NCBI GenBank assembly: GCA_963820525.1
Contig: CAWGAA010000001.1
Coordinates: forward strand, 2,784,001 to 2,848,000
DNA: 64,000 bases
Source of the DNA: an uncultured Spirochaetota bacterium
GTDB lineage: Bacteria > Spirochaetota > Spirochaetia > SZUA-6 > Fen-1364
Direction: 5' to 3'
This document shows, one piece after another, positions 38,417 to 48,217 of this stretch; position 1 is the stretch's first letter; each line of letters starts with the position of its first letter. The position numbers and the translations under genes are program-made. The notes beneath the pieces were generated by a model that worked only from the letters and a program-made list of their open reading frames with translations, searched no databases and had not been told where the DNA came from.

Positions 38417-39571
38417 ATGCAGCCAAATGACTTTGCTCGTAGCACCAGCGGAAGGCTCATTCATTTGCCGCAGGATTATTGGGCATTCATTCCCAATCCA
38501 CTGGAACCTCAAATAACATTCAGCCTGCCGTTTGCGCAGGAGCTTTCTGAAGCCAATAGGGTGCTGGGTGAACTGGCAGGTATTGCCAGGACTCTTCCAA
38601 ATCTTCATTTATTGATTGGCCCTTTCATCCGCAGGGAAGCCGTGCTTTCAAGCAGAATTGAAGGGACGCAGGCTTCCTTGTCTGATCTTCTTTTCTTTGA
38701 AGCGGCAAACCTCAGGTTGAAAGAAGTACCGGATGTCAAAGAAGTCTCCAACTATGTCCAGGCTTTGACCTATGGCCTTGACCGTTTGAAAGACCTTCCC
38801 ATTTCCCTCCGCCTGATCCGGGAGCTTCATGAGCGCTTGATGCGGGATGTCCGGGGAGAGACGCAGACTCCCGGCGAGTTTCGACGCTCTCAGAACTGGA
38901 TTGGCCCGGCAGGGTGCCCGCTTTCAGATGCGGCTTTCGTACCGCCTCCAGTGGAAGAAATGAACGCGGCGCTTGATCTTTTTGAAAAGTATCTCCCTGC
39001 GTCCTCCGATATGCCTGAGCTTGTCAGGCTTTCCCTGATCCATTATCAGTTTGAGGCAATTCATCCATTTTTTGACGGAAATGGCCGGATTGGCAGATTG
39101 CTGATCACTCTCCTTATGTGCTCCTACAACCTGCTTTCGAAGCCCCTGTTGTACCTCAGCCCCTATTTTGAACAGCAGAGGGACGAGTATTACTCTCTTT
39201 TGCTTGCAGTAAGCCAGAAGGGCTCATGGGAAGATTGGATCAGGTTCTTTATTCATGCGGTTGCCGTGCAATCTCGAGACGCCATCAAAAGGTCGGATCT
39301 GCTTCTTCACCTCAGGCAAGAGTACCATTCGCGCATGCAGAAAGCCCGTGCTTCCGCATTGCTCCTCAGAATGGTGGACAAGCTGTTTGTCAGCCCCGCT
39401 TTGACGAATCCCGGCGTAGCGCGGGAGATGAAAATAACCCCCAGATCAGCCCAGCTGAATTTGGACAAGCTTGTTCGTGAAGGAATCATACGTGAGGCAA
39501 CAGGGCAAATGCGAAAACGTGTGTACGTTGCGCCACGGATCATTGAAATCCTTGAGAAGTTGGATGTGTAG
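38417..39571 (+). CDS. Fic family protein with C-terminal wHTH
   Basis: SSRIEGT; catalytic HPFFDGNGRIGR. Confidence 0.93.
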   Translation: MQPNDFARSTSGRLIHLPQDYWAFIPNPLEPQITFSLPFAQELSEANRVLGELAGIARTLPNLHLLIGPFIRREAVLSSRIEGTQASLSDLLFFEAANLRLKEVPDVKEVSNYVQALTYGLDRLKDLPISLRLIRELHERLMRDVRGETQTPGEFRRSQNWIGPAGCPLSDAAFVPPPVEEMNAALDLFEKYLPASSDMPELVRLSLIHYQFEAIHPFFDGNGRIGRLLITLLMCSYNLLSKPLLYLSPYFEQQRDEYYSLLLAVSQKGSWEDWIRFFIHAVAVQSRDAIKRSDLLLHLRQEYHSRMQKARASALLLRMVDKLFVSPALTNPGVAREMKITPRSAQLNLDKLVREGIIREATGQMRKRVYVAPRIIEILEKLDV

Positions 39572-39599
39572 CCGCTGGTCAACGTGAGGAATGTGCCCA

Positions 39600-39770
39600 T
39601 CCAGGGGCGTTGCGGGGGCGGAGCCCCCGCAGAGGGGGTAGTGGAGGACGCAAGCCGGGGAGGTGCAAGGAGGGAGCTACCCTTCCGCTGCGGCCGCACT
39701 GCTGTGAAAGCTGCCCCCCCTGGCTTGCGGCCGGAGCGAGGGGGAGACTTCCCCCTCCTGCCCCCTGTCA
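39600..39770. other. GC-rich multi-hairpin intergenic element (REP-like or structured RNA candidate)
   Basis: TGCGGGGGC-ggaGCCCCCGCA; GCAAGCCGGGG...CCCCTGGCTTGC; GAGGGGGA-gact-TCCCCCTC; AGGGGGTAG...CTGCCCCCT. Confidence 0.45.
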
Positions 39771-39861
39771 CAAACCGGTCCCACCATTCGTTATTACATT
39801 GGAGACGGCCCCTTGGGCAGCCAGATCATCTGGAGTGCGCCGGTTGGCAAGGAGAATGCGC

Positions 39862-40425
39862 ATGACAAGATTGAGTGTCTTCAACAGCATCACCTTGGAT
39901 GGATATTTCTGCGGCCCGGATGGCGATTTGAGCTGGGGTTATAGCCCGGATGCGGAATGGCAGAGCTTTGTGGAGGGGAACGCCAGGGGCGGAGGGGCTC
40001 TGCTCTTTGGCAGGGTGACCTAAGATCACATGGCAAGCTTCTGGCCGACGCCGGCCGCGGCCAAGTCATATCCGGTTGTCGCGGAGCGGATGAACAGCAT
40101 GCGGAAGTTCGTGTTCTCAAAAACCCTGGACAAGGCAACGTGGAGCAACACGACGCTTTTGAAGGGGAACATTTCCGCGGAAGTGCAGAAGATGAAAAAG
40201 GAATTTAAGGAAGATATTGCCATCCTGGGAAGCGGGAGCATTGTTTCCCAGTTGGCGCAGGAAGGGTTGATAGACGAGCTCCAGTTTGCCCTGTTCCCCA
40301 TTGTCCTTGGCAAGGGACGGTCGATGTTTGAAGGCGTCAAAGGGAAGCTTTCTCTAAAGCTGGTGCGGACCCGCACATTCAAGAACGGGAATGTCCTTCT
40401 AACCTACGAGCCGGTGAGGGCGTGA
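39862..40425 (+). pseudogene. Dihydrofolate reductase/RibD C-terminal family protein with in-frame TAA at 40021-40023
   Basis: SITLDGY, LLFGRVT*DHMAS (Tyr expected at the stop), GSGSIV, LIDE, PIVLGKG. Confidence 0.82.
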
Positions 40426-40430
40426 TCGAC

Positions 40431-40913
40431 CTAGAACCTTTTACGTATGAGAGCCGCCAGCTGCCCGGCCCGCTCTTCCACGCGGTCGTTTCTGGAGGCG
40501 GAGCTGACCGCGTCCACCTTGATGTCCGGCTTGGACCATTCAGGCATTGGATCTTCCGTGCCCCGCGTGAAGAAGACGATCACCTTCGCGTTCATGGGAT
40601 CTTTTCCCAAGAACCTGCTCACCCGTGCATCGATCCGGCCCGCCTTGAATGCGGTCACCAGGAGGACGGCCCCGTATTGCCCGGTTTCCTGCCCCTCCAA
40701 GCGATCCAGGCCGACGACTCTGAAATACCAATCCGTGGTCCCCAGCGTCCCGATCAGCTTTGCGACGACTTCTTCCTTGAATGCGCTGCTCTCTCCGGCT
40801 ATGAGCACTTTTTTCTGCGCGTCGCTATTGCCGCTTTCACGCGGCGTCATGTTTGACGTGCAGCCAAGAATCAGGAACAACCCGAAGAGACCCAAAGCCG
40901 CTACTTTCAGCAT
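40431..40913 (-). CDS. Hypothetical lipoprotein
   Basis: Lipobox-like LILGC after a hydrophobic signal; RBS AGGAGG. Confidence 0.65.
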   Translation of the reverse strand: MLKVAALGLFGLFLILGCTSNMTPRESGNSDAQKKVLIAGESSAFKEEVVAKLIGTLGTTDWYFRVVGLDRLEGQETGQYGAVLLVTAFKAGRIDARVSRFLGKDPMNAKVIVFFTRGTEDPMPEWSKPDIKVDAVSSASRNDRVEERAGQLAALIRKRF

Positions 40914-41021
40914 GAGAACGCCTCCTTCCCGCCGGCCCTGCGAGGTACAATCCTACAGCATGTCTCCGGCGCGGACAACCGGACGCTTGACTGTCCTGAA
41001 AAGGGGCGGGTATGGTGACGC

Positions 41022-41819
41022 ATGTTCCCGCCAGATTACCACATGCACACCCGCTTCTCTGGAGACAACACTTCAGAGATGGAGGAGATGTGTCGTGCCG
41101 CGATTGCCGCCGGGATTGCGGAGATCGCTTTCACCGAGCATTTCGACGTAAACCCCAAGGAGCCCCTTCACGGACGGTTTCCCCTGGAAGCATGGGCCGC
41201 TGAATTGAAACGGTGCCGCAGGCTTTTTGCCGGCAGGCTCGTCATACGCGCGGGCCTTGAAGCGGGAGAGCCGCATACCGCGCCGGAGGAAGTGGCCGCA
41301 CTCGTCGCGCGGTATCCCTTTGACTTCGTGATGGGGTCCGTGCATTGGGTCCGAGATCAGATTGTCTTCGATACCGGCTTCTTTCAAAGGCCCGCGGATG
41401 AAGCGTTTCGCGAGTACTTCCAGGAGACGGAGCGCATGGCGCGCACGGCAGATATCCAGGTCCTTGGCCACCTGGATGTCGCGGCCCGCGTTGGATATGA
41501 GGTGTACGGGGTGTATGATCCCCGCGCCTATGAAGAGCTGATCCGCTCCATCCTTCGCGCCTGCATCCAACGCGGCATTGTACCTGAAATCAATGCGGGC
41601 GCCGTGCGGCGCAGCCTTGGCCGTCTCATGCCCGGGCTGGAAACGCTCCAGTGGTATGTCGAGCTTGGCGGGGATCGGGTTGTCGTGGGCTCCGACGCCC
41701 ATAGACCCGAGCAGGTCGGGATGAGCCTGGACAAGGCCATGGAGGCGGCCCGGGCCGCGGGTGTGAGGTACCTTGTCAGGTTTGAAGGGCAACAGGCAAC
41801 CACGTTTCCCCTGAAGTGA
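41022..41819 (+). CDS. Histidinol-phosphatase HisJ-like PHP hydrolase
   Basis: DYHMHT, FTEH, GSVH, GHLD, EIN, GSDAH motifs. Confidence 0.9.
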   Translation: MFPPDYHMHTRFSGDNTSEMEEMCRAAIAAGIAEIAFTEHFDVNPKEPLHGRFPLEAWAAELKRCRRLFAGRLVIRAGLEAGEPHTAPEEVAALVARYPFDFVMGSVHWVRDQIVFDTGFFQRPADEAFREYFQETERMARTADIQVLGHLDVAARVGYEVYGVYDPRAYEELIRSILRACIQRGIVPEINAGAVRRSLGRLMPGLETLQWYVELGGDRVVVGSDAHRPEQVGMSLDKAMEAARAAGVRYLVRFEGQQATTFPLK

Positions 41820-42104
41820 AAAGCGGGGACCTGCAGCCGCGACCGCGGCACTTACGGCGGGGCAAAGGCGCGGCGGGCATTGCTGCCCGCCGCCACCTGC
41901 TTACAGTGATCCATGCATCGACTTGATGAGGTCCACTACGCTGACGTGATTCACCACCATGTGGATGGTCAGAAGAATCACGCAAGGCCGCGCCGTGCTT
42001 GTGCTTTTGCCAAAAAAGAGTCCCTCATCGATATTCTACTTGCGGGCAAGTATTGGCCATGAAGCCGCGCGCTTCATTCATGGCCACACCGATCGGAGGG
42101 AGTA

Positions 42105-42683
42105 ATGAGAAAACTCGTTGTGACCATGTGGATCACCTTGGATGGTCGCATTGCAGGCCCGAATAACGACATGGGTTATGTGGGGGAGCTCTACGACGAC
42201 GCAATGGGCAAGTATGAGTATGACCTGGTAAGCCACGCGGACACCCTTGTTCTGGGGCGTTTGACGTATGAAAGCTTTGCCGGCTCCTGGCCAAAAGTCC
42301 CGGACAACCCTGCCGTATCAGATGGGGAGAAGGCCTATGCGCGCATCCTCAATGGCATGAAGAAGATCGTGTTTTCCAAAACGCTGCAGAAAGCCGATTG
42401 GGAACACTCGACCCTGGTGCGCGAGATTGTGGCCGCTGATGTAAAGAAGTGGAAACAGCAATCGGGCAAGGACATGGTCATCTATGGAAGCGCCAGCATC
42501 GTGCAGCAGATGACGAACCTTGGTTTGATTGATGAATACCAGCTGCTGCTCCATCCCTTTGTCTTGGGCGGCGGGAAAACTCTGTTTGAAAATATCATGG
42601 AGAAGGTCAAGCTTCGGCTGGCTGGTGTCAAAACGCATCCTTCAGGAGTCGTTTTGCTCACATACCAACCAGCCAATCCATAG
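42105..42683 (+). CDS. Dihydrofolate reductase/RibD C-terminal family protein
   Basis: MRKLVV..ITLDG, LGRLTY, GSASIV, LIDEY, GVVLLTY. Confidence 0.9.
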   Translation: MRKLVVTMWITLDGRIAGPNNDMGYVGELYDDAMGKYEYDLVSHADTLVLGRLTYESFAGSWPKVPDNPAVSDGEKAYARILNGMKKIVFSKTLQKADWEHSTLVREIVAADVKKWKQQSGKDMVIYGSASIVQQMTNLGLIDEYQLLLHPFVLGGGKTLFENIMEKVKLRLAGVKTHPSGVVLLTYQPANP

Positions 42684-42698
42684 AGGGTGATGTCTGCC

Positions 42699-42734
42699 AA
42701 AAAAAGAAGGGGCAGCTCGGCTCGCTGCCCCTTC
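42699..42734 (-). terminator. Rho-independent terminator
   Basis: GAAGGGGCAGC/GCTGCCCCTTC 11-bp stem with a 7-U tail on the minus strand, between convergent genes. Confidence 0.8.
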
Positions 42735-42754
42735 AATCGTGGATGACCAGCAAG

Positions 42755-43168
42755 TTATGGATTCGGCTTCATGTGGGTGAGCATCCAGGTGAATCCGTAC
42801 CTGTCCGTCAAATCCCCGTAGTATCCGAAGAACTCCTCTTTCGGGGCGTGCAGTATCTTCCCTCCAGAGGCAAGCTTTTCAAAAATGGCGTCCGTTTCTT
42901 TATTGCTGCTGCACTCGACTGCAATGGTGAAATTGGTTCCCTTTTTGGCGGGTTCAGGGCCCATCATGTCGGCAGCCATGATCTGGAAGCTTCCACCCTT
43001 CAAAGAGGAGTGCATGATATTTTTCTTTTGCTCGGGCGGCACCTGGCTTGCCATTGGAGACTCTTCCATGCTCATCAAGGTAAGCTCTCCGCCAAAGCAT
43101 CCTTTATAGAATGTCATAGCCTCACGGCAGTTGCCGTTGAAGTGCAGGTAGGGACTGATTTGCGCCAT
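42755..43168 (-). CDS. VOC family protein (PhnB-like)
   Basis: ISPYLHFNGNCREAMTFY, IMHS, DRYGFTW motifs. Confidence 0.9.
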   Translation of the reverse strand: MAQISPYLHFNGNCREAMTFYKGCFGGELTLMSMEESPMASQVPPEQKKNIMHSSLKGGSFQIMAADMMGPEPAKKGTNFTIAVECSSNKETDAIFEKLASGGKILHAPKEEFFGYYGDLTDRYGFTWMLTHMKPNP

Positions 43169-43287
43169 ACGGTTCTTTCCTCCTGCGCTAAAAGCTAATC
43201 CTCAGGTCTCATCGGGGTCAAACTTTCGCCGGCGGCTCCTGCACTGTGGACAAATTTTGTAGTAATTTTGATTCGTTGAGTACAAAA

Positions 43288-44169
43288 ATGAGATTTGCTG
43301 CAGTTTCTGTAGTGGTTGCCAACAGGCCCTCAAGCGCATCCGCGTCTTCAGAGGAGCAGTTTCTTCGGTCACCGAGAACCCGTTACCTCACTACCGACGA
43401 GGGGACCTTGGCTTATGACGATACCGGAGGCCAGGGGCCTGTCGTCATCTGCATGCCTGGCATGGGAGATCTTCGGTCGCAGTATCGGTTCCTGGCGCCT
43501 CTATTGGCCGCGGCAGGATATCGCGTCATCACCATGGATGTCCGGGGGCATGGTGACTCCTCGGTAAATTGGATGGGATGGGACGCCCGGGCAGTGGGCG
43601 GCGACATCCTATCCCTGATGAGCTTCATCGGAGTGGAGAGGGCCCATCTTGTCGGCAACTCTTTTGCGGCGGGGAGCGTCTATTGGGTGGCCGTTCATGC
43701 GCCCGAGCGCGCGATAAGCCTGACGCTTCTCGGCCCGGCCATGCGCGACAGCAAGGCCAACCCTCTGGTGAGCTTCGTTCTGAATGCGGGGCTCACGGGC
43801 TTTTGGGGCCCCGGTTTCTGGCTTGCATACTGGAATGGGCTCTTTCCCGTCAAGAAGCCCAAGGACTTCGCCGCTTATCGGGCCGCTCTCCGGTCCAACC
43901 TCGCGGAACAGGGGAGGCTCGCGGCGCTGAAGAAGATGGTCTTTGCGAGCAAGACGCCGATCCAGGAGATCCTGGGCAAGGCGAAGGTTCCCATCCTGTT
44001 GATCATGGGATCCAAGGACAAGGACTTCCCGAATCCGGCCTCGGAGGCGGCCATGCTCGGCGCCAGGACCGGCGCGCGCGTCGAAATGCTGGAGTCAGGT
44101 CACTATCCCCATGTCGAGCTGCCCGAGCAGACTGCCGCGCTGATGCTGCCCTTCTTGGGCTCCCCGTAG
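43288..44169 (+). CDS. Alpha/beta hydrolase
   Basis: DVRGHGDS, GNSFA nucleophile elbow, GHYPHVE; start uncertain. Confidence 0.88.
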   Translation: MRFAAVSVVVANRPSSASASSEEQFLRSPRTRYLTTDEGTLAYDDTGGQGPVVICMPGMGDLRSQYRFLAPLLAAAGYRVITMDVRGHGDSSVNWMGWDARAVGGDILSLMSFIGVERAHLVGNSFAAGSVYWVAVHAPERAISLTLLGPAMRDSKANPLVSFVLNAGLTGFWGPGFWLAYWNGLFPVKKPKDFAAYRAALRSNLAEQGRLAALKKMVFASKTPIQEILGKAKVPILLIMGSKDKDFPNPASEAAMLGARTGARVEMLESGHYPHVELPEQTAALMLPFLGSP

Positions 44170-44304
44170 CGCATAGAGGGCCGAACGGCCAGCCAGGCAA
44201 TCTCCCGGGTACTCAATTAGCGCAGCCAGCGTTTCGCCAGCGTTTGACCGAGTCGAAGGAGTGGCCAACACCGAGTAGGGCTCTTTTTTGCAGCTTTTAG
44301 AATA

Positions 44305-44493
44305 TCATCCAACTTCAGGAATAGACAAAGAACGGCATATTTTGCGTGCAAGCAAGTTCGCGATCTCAGTATGTCTGGGGACTGCCTCCATGACGCCGGT
44401 TCGCGGGTTTACCCAAAGAGAGTGAGAGCGACCTTCCCGTTTGAGGACGCAACCATGAAAGCGTAGATGCCTGAGGAACTCAGTCCTCTTCAC
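44305..44493 (-). CDS. hicA: HicA toxin
   Basis: REGRSHSLW.NP...VPRH.EI...LARKIC. Confidence 0.88.
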   Translation of the reverse strand: MKRTEFLRHLRFHGCVLKREGRSHSLWVNPRTGVMEAVPRHTEIANLLARKICRSLSIPEVG

Positions 44494-44726
44494 GAGAGAC
44501 TGACAACATCCTGAATGGCATCGGCAGGCAACCCCCGGTGGGCATCCTCCCGCCTATCCTGCAAGATGAGGGCAATCGCCTCGGATAGGTTCTTCTTGCA
44601 TTCCTCAAGGGTTTCACCTTGGCCGTTCGCGCCGGGGATCTCCGGGCAATACCCGATGTACCACTTTCCGTCGCGCTCGATTATCGCGGTGAACTCGTTA
44701 TGCAGCGAATGCTTTGACATGATCAT
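44490..44726 (-). CDS. hicB: HicB antitoxin
   Basis: FTAIIE...YCPEIPGANGQGETLEE...NL.EAI. Confidence 0.88.
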   Translation of the reverse strand: MIMSKHSLHNEFTAIIERDGKWYIGYCPEIPGANGQGETLEECKKNLSEAIALILQDRREDAHRGLPADAIQDVVSLS

Positions 44727-45081
44727 ATACTACTGCGTGCCTCGAATGCGAACAAGAGGACAGCGAGCGCAGGTTCCGCCTATTCGGGGAGATTCCAGAA
44801 CATCGTCTGGGCGCAGGCGGTCTGGGATGTGTCGCGGGCGTTGGCCCTGAGCGCAGGTGCCAAGTACGTGAACAATCCGGGTCCCACGAGCGTCACCGAC
44901 AATGCGTCGAGGAGCAGTTTTTCCCTGCTGATGAGCCTCGGGTACAAAACGGGTATCGTCTGACGGTCAGGTCCCTGCAAGCTTTCCAAAGGCCGCGTCG
45001 AGGTCCCGGCATAACGAAAGCGCGGCTCGTAGAGTGAGGGCTCTCAGCCGGTATCACCCGGACGACGAACCCGGGGTCCGC

Positions 45082-46824
45082 TCACATCGGCTTCTTCCCG
45101 GCCAGCCAGAGGGTCTGGTACGGATCCATGGAGACGGATGTCCCGTTGATCGGCGGCGCGCCGAGAAGATCCTGGAGCGGACCGTGCAGGATCGTGGGCA
45201 GTGCCGCCTTTTCCAATACCAGCGTGCTTCTCTTGGGGCCCGTGTTGTGGATGCAGAGGACCGAATCGCGTTTGTCAGGGGAGGTTCGAAGCAGACAAAA
45301 CAGGGGTCCGTCCGTCGGCAGTACCTCCTGGCTCCCCTGGGGATGGAAGGCGGGGCGTGAGCTGCGTGCCCGCATACAGCTTGCAAGCCCGCCGTACACA
45401 CGGACCTGCAACCCTCCTTCCGATGCAAGGCTTTTCTCCACCTCCTCCAGGGAAAACTTCCGCCTGTTCACCGCCCGCTTGTTGCCTGTCTGCAAAGCTC
45501 TCCCGGGGTCTGCCGGCGCGCCGATGAGGCTGTTGGCCCATACGGCCGGCACCCCCGCGAGGCTCAGCATGATGCAATGCGAGGTGATGTATTTCCTGAG
45601 CCGAAGCCCTTCCTCCTCCCCGGGATCCGAGATCGCGTCCAACCACGTTGCATTCAACTCGTACGGGCTTTCCTTTTCAGCGCATGCCGCGGCATCGAAG
45701 CGATACGAGACCATGCCACCCCGCTCCCTCGTCATCCTGACGAGCCCCTCCACCTGCTCTTCCGTCAGGAAGTCTTTGGCCGGGACCAGCCCTATCCCGT
45801 CGTGGGATGAGAGGAAGTTCAGGAAGGCCGTGGCGCCCGGAGGCTGCTTCAGTGAGCTGGCCCACGCCCGCAGGGGTCCGGCGTCGCCGCGGCGAAAGGC
45901 GTCCAGGATGAGGGGCGGCAGGGTGAAGTTGTAGACCATGTGCGCCTCGTTTGAGCCATTTCCCAGGTAGGATATGTTCTGCTCATGAGGCACGTTCGTC
46001 TCCGTGACGATCATCACCCAGGGGCACAGCGCGTCCATGATGGCTCGTAGAAGCCGGACCACGGCATGGGTCCGCGGAAGGTGGACACAGCTCGTTCCGC
46101 TTTCCTTCCATAGGAATGCAACCGCGTCGAGACGGAGCACCTGCGCTCCCTGCACTATATAGCCCAAGAGCACATCCACCATCTCCAGAAGGACGGAGGG
46201 GTTTGCATAATCCAGGTCTGCCTGGTCCGCGCTGAAAGTGGTCCAGACGCGAATCTCCCCGCGGGAAGAATGAAAAGGCGTCAGCAGGGGATGGGTGCGG
46301 GGCCGGAATACCCGAGACAGGTCGGCGTTCTCCTCAGGCGTGATGAAGTAGCCGGCATATCTTGGGCTGCCCTTCAGGAACCCCCTGAACCAACGCCCCT
46401 GCGTGGAGGCGTGGTTGAGTACCAGATCCACCATAAGCCGGAAGTCCCCAGCAATGCGGCTCACATCCCGCCAGGTTCCCAGACGGGGATCCACACTGCG
46501 GTAATCCATGACGGAGAATCCCTCGTCGGAAGAGGAGGGAAAGAAGGGAAGAATGTGGACTCCTGAAAACGCCCCCGCCGCGAACCGCGTGAGGAAACGA
46601 TGGAGGCAGGACAACGGTACTGCCCCCCGGTTGCTGAAATGGTCTCCATACGCGATAAGGAACGCGTCTTTCTGGGAGAGCACCGCCGAGAAGCCGCCTA
46701 CAGCTCCGCGGGGGCGTCGTATGCGTTTCTCATACCGGCGCATTATCCTGGAGAGCCTCAGGGATGCCGTTTTTCCCTTTTCCCCGCCGTAGATGAAGCT
46801 CAGAAGCGCGCCGATTGTATCCAT
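45082..46824 (-). CDS. Sucrose phosphorylase-like sugar phosphorylase (GH13_18)
   Basis: VHILPFFP.SSDEGF, DLVLNH, WTTFS.DQ.D, RLDAVAFLWK, TETNVPH, SHDGIG. Confidence 0.92.
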   Translation of the reverse strand: MDTIGALLSFIYGGEKGKTASLRLSRIMRRYEKRIRRPRGAVGGFSAVLSQKDAFLIAYGDHFSNRGAVPLSCLHRFLTRFAAGAFSGVHILPFFPSSSDEGFSVMDYRSVDPRLGTWRDVSRIAGDFRLMVDLVLNHASTQGRWFRGFLKGSPRYAGYFITPEENADLSRVFRPRTHPLLTPFHSSRGEIRVWTTFSADQADLDYANPSVLLEMVDVLLGYIVQGAQVLRLDAVAFLWKESGTSCVHLPRTHAVVRLLRAIMDALCPWVMIVTETNVPHEQNISYLGNGSNEAHMVYNFTLPPLILDAFRRGDAGPLRAWASSLKQPPGATAFLNFLSSHDGIGLVPAKDFLTEEQVEGLVRMTRERGGMVSYRFDAAACAEKESPYELNATWLDAISDPGEEEGLRLRKYITSHCIMLSLAGVPAVWANSLIGAPADPGRALQTGNKRAVNRRKFSLEEVEKSLASEGGLQVRVYGGLASCMRARSSRPAFHPQGSQEVLPTDGPLFCLLRTSPDKRDSVLCIHNTGPKRSTLVLEKAALPTILHGPLQDLLGAPPINGTSVSMDPYQTLWLAGKKPM

Positions 46825-47015
46825 GGAGCCTTTTCGAAAGTACTATATATCGGTGCGGCCAAGGCTGTCATGCCGCTGGTCCGCATGGATTCTGTCGGAG
46901 AGAAAGCCACCTTTGCCGCGGGAGCATCGGCTACTTTCAAGCCGATTTGTCACCCGGGGATAGGCCTTGAGGCCGGACAGGCAGCTATGGGCTCCAAGGC
47001 TGCCAGTCTCCTCCG

Positions 47016-47154
47016 CTACCGGCTTGAAGGGGCTGGAATCCCAAGAATCCTGCAAATCCCTCTGGCGGTCGCCCTCTTGATATTCGTGTGTCTTGGAACA
47101 GGTGCGTGTGATTGGGTACGAGCGGAGGTGCCTTTCAAGCGCCCTCCGATTCAT
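47016..47154 (-). pseudogene. HicA toxin with internal deletion
   Basis: MNRRALERHLRS then, in another frame, APVPRHTNIKRATARGICRILGIP; the central GxH segment is missing. Confidence 0.65.
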
Positions 47155-47363
47155 GCTTTGATGCCGGCCAGTTTCTTGATCAGCTTTCGTCTGGATGCAG
47201 CAAGGGCAGACAGAGCGTCCCGCGCATTTTCGAAGGCTTCCTTGACGGTATCAGCCTCGGTGATGAGTTGGGGGTCAAGGGGAGACGTCACAACGTAGCA
47301 GCCCTCTTCGGCTTCCTGAAGAGTGAGAACGATCTTTCCATCGCTCACAGTGTATTGCTTCAT
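47151..47363 (-). CDS. HicB-like antitoxin
   Basis: EEGCYVVTSP...LITEADTVKEAFENARDA. Confidence 0.75.
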   Translation of the reverse strand: MKQYTVSDGKIVLTLQEAEEGCYVVTSPLDPQLITEADTVKEAFENARDALSALAASRRKLIKKLAGIKA

Positions 47364-47422
47364 CGCAACTAGGATATGCCTCAGTGGGCTTTTGCGTCAA
47401 TCACTCTCCTCGAACAGAGCCC

Positions 47423-47496
47423 GGCCAACACCGAGTAGGCCGGGCAATGCCCCATGTACCACTTCCCGTCGCGCTCGAAGATCGCGGTGGACTCGT
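47423..47496 (-). repeat. Collapsed copy of the 44263-44698 hicAB cassette
   Basis: 17-nt GGCCAACACCGAGTAGG (same as 44263-44279) joined directly to a 57-nt match of 44642-44698. Confidence 0.75.
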
Positions 47497-47532
47497 AGGC
47501 CTCGAATCGCTATCAGTCCTGCCACCCTCCCG

Positions 47533-48204
47533 CTAGAACCGATACGCCGTACAGAAGTTGAAGTAAAACGGCACTGTCACAGGGTTGAACCCCTCTGTCA
47601 GGGTATAGCCTCCCCGCAGGTTGATCGAGAGACCTCCAAAAAGGCTGATTCCCCCCTGGATGCCGAACTTGAATCTGCCCGCAGTGCTCGCATACCAGCC
47701 GTCCTTCGCATCGGGATAGATGGCCTTATACAGGTCGCTGTTGGCGATATATGTGAAGAGATCCTTGTCGTATTCCGCTTCCAGGAACACATGGAAGCGC
47801 TCGCCCATATGCCCGATGAGGATGGTTTCCTTGAAGCCACTGGTAATGCCGGAGTACAAATCATTGTCCGTCGTCATCATGAAAAGACCCAGCCGGTTCA
47901 TAACCGATAGGAAGCCGATATCGAAGAGACGGACCCTCCCCGCGGCGTTGAGCTCCCAGTGTTTGAGGTCCATCAAAAACATGGGCACTGATGCATCTGC
48001 GGTGAAAAGGACATCCCGATCGATGAAATCCAGACGGAAGCTTTTTGCCATCCCTACGCCAAACGCAAACATGGGGTCTACGTCGAAGTTGAAATAGAGA
48101 CCGAAGGCCTCAGGCGCCACGCTGTTCAGCACCTCTTCCGCCCAAAGCGCGCCTGCTGCACATGCAAGGAACAGAACGAGCGCCAGTACTATCGTCTTTC
48201 TCAT
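47533..48204 (-). CDS. Hypothetical exported protein, possible beta-barrel
   Basis: Signal peptide; alternating beta-strand pattern; C-terminal YRF. Confidence 0.65.
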   Translation of the reverse strand: MRKTIVLALVLFLACAAGALWAEEVLNSVAPEAFGLYFNFDVDPMFAFGVGMAKSFRLDFIDRDVLFTADASVPMFLMDLKHWELNAAGRVRLFDIGFLSVMNRLGLFMMTTDNDLYSGITSGFKETILIGHMGERFHVFLEAEYDKDLFTYIANSDLYKAIYPDAKDGWYASTAGRFKFGIQGGISLFGGLSINLRGGYTLTEGFNPVTVPFYFNFCTAYRF

Positions 48205-48217
48205 GTGATCCTCCTCA

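Noticed and set aside
817..40023. Stop-codon reassignment or pyrrolysine readthrough suggested by in-frame TAG/TAA codons
   Set aside because: The expected residues differ (Glu, Gln, Tyr), each is one substitution from a sense codon, and TAG/TAA end many intact genes here.
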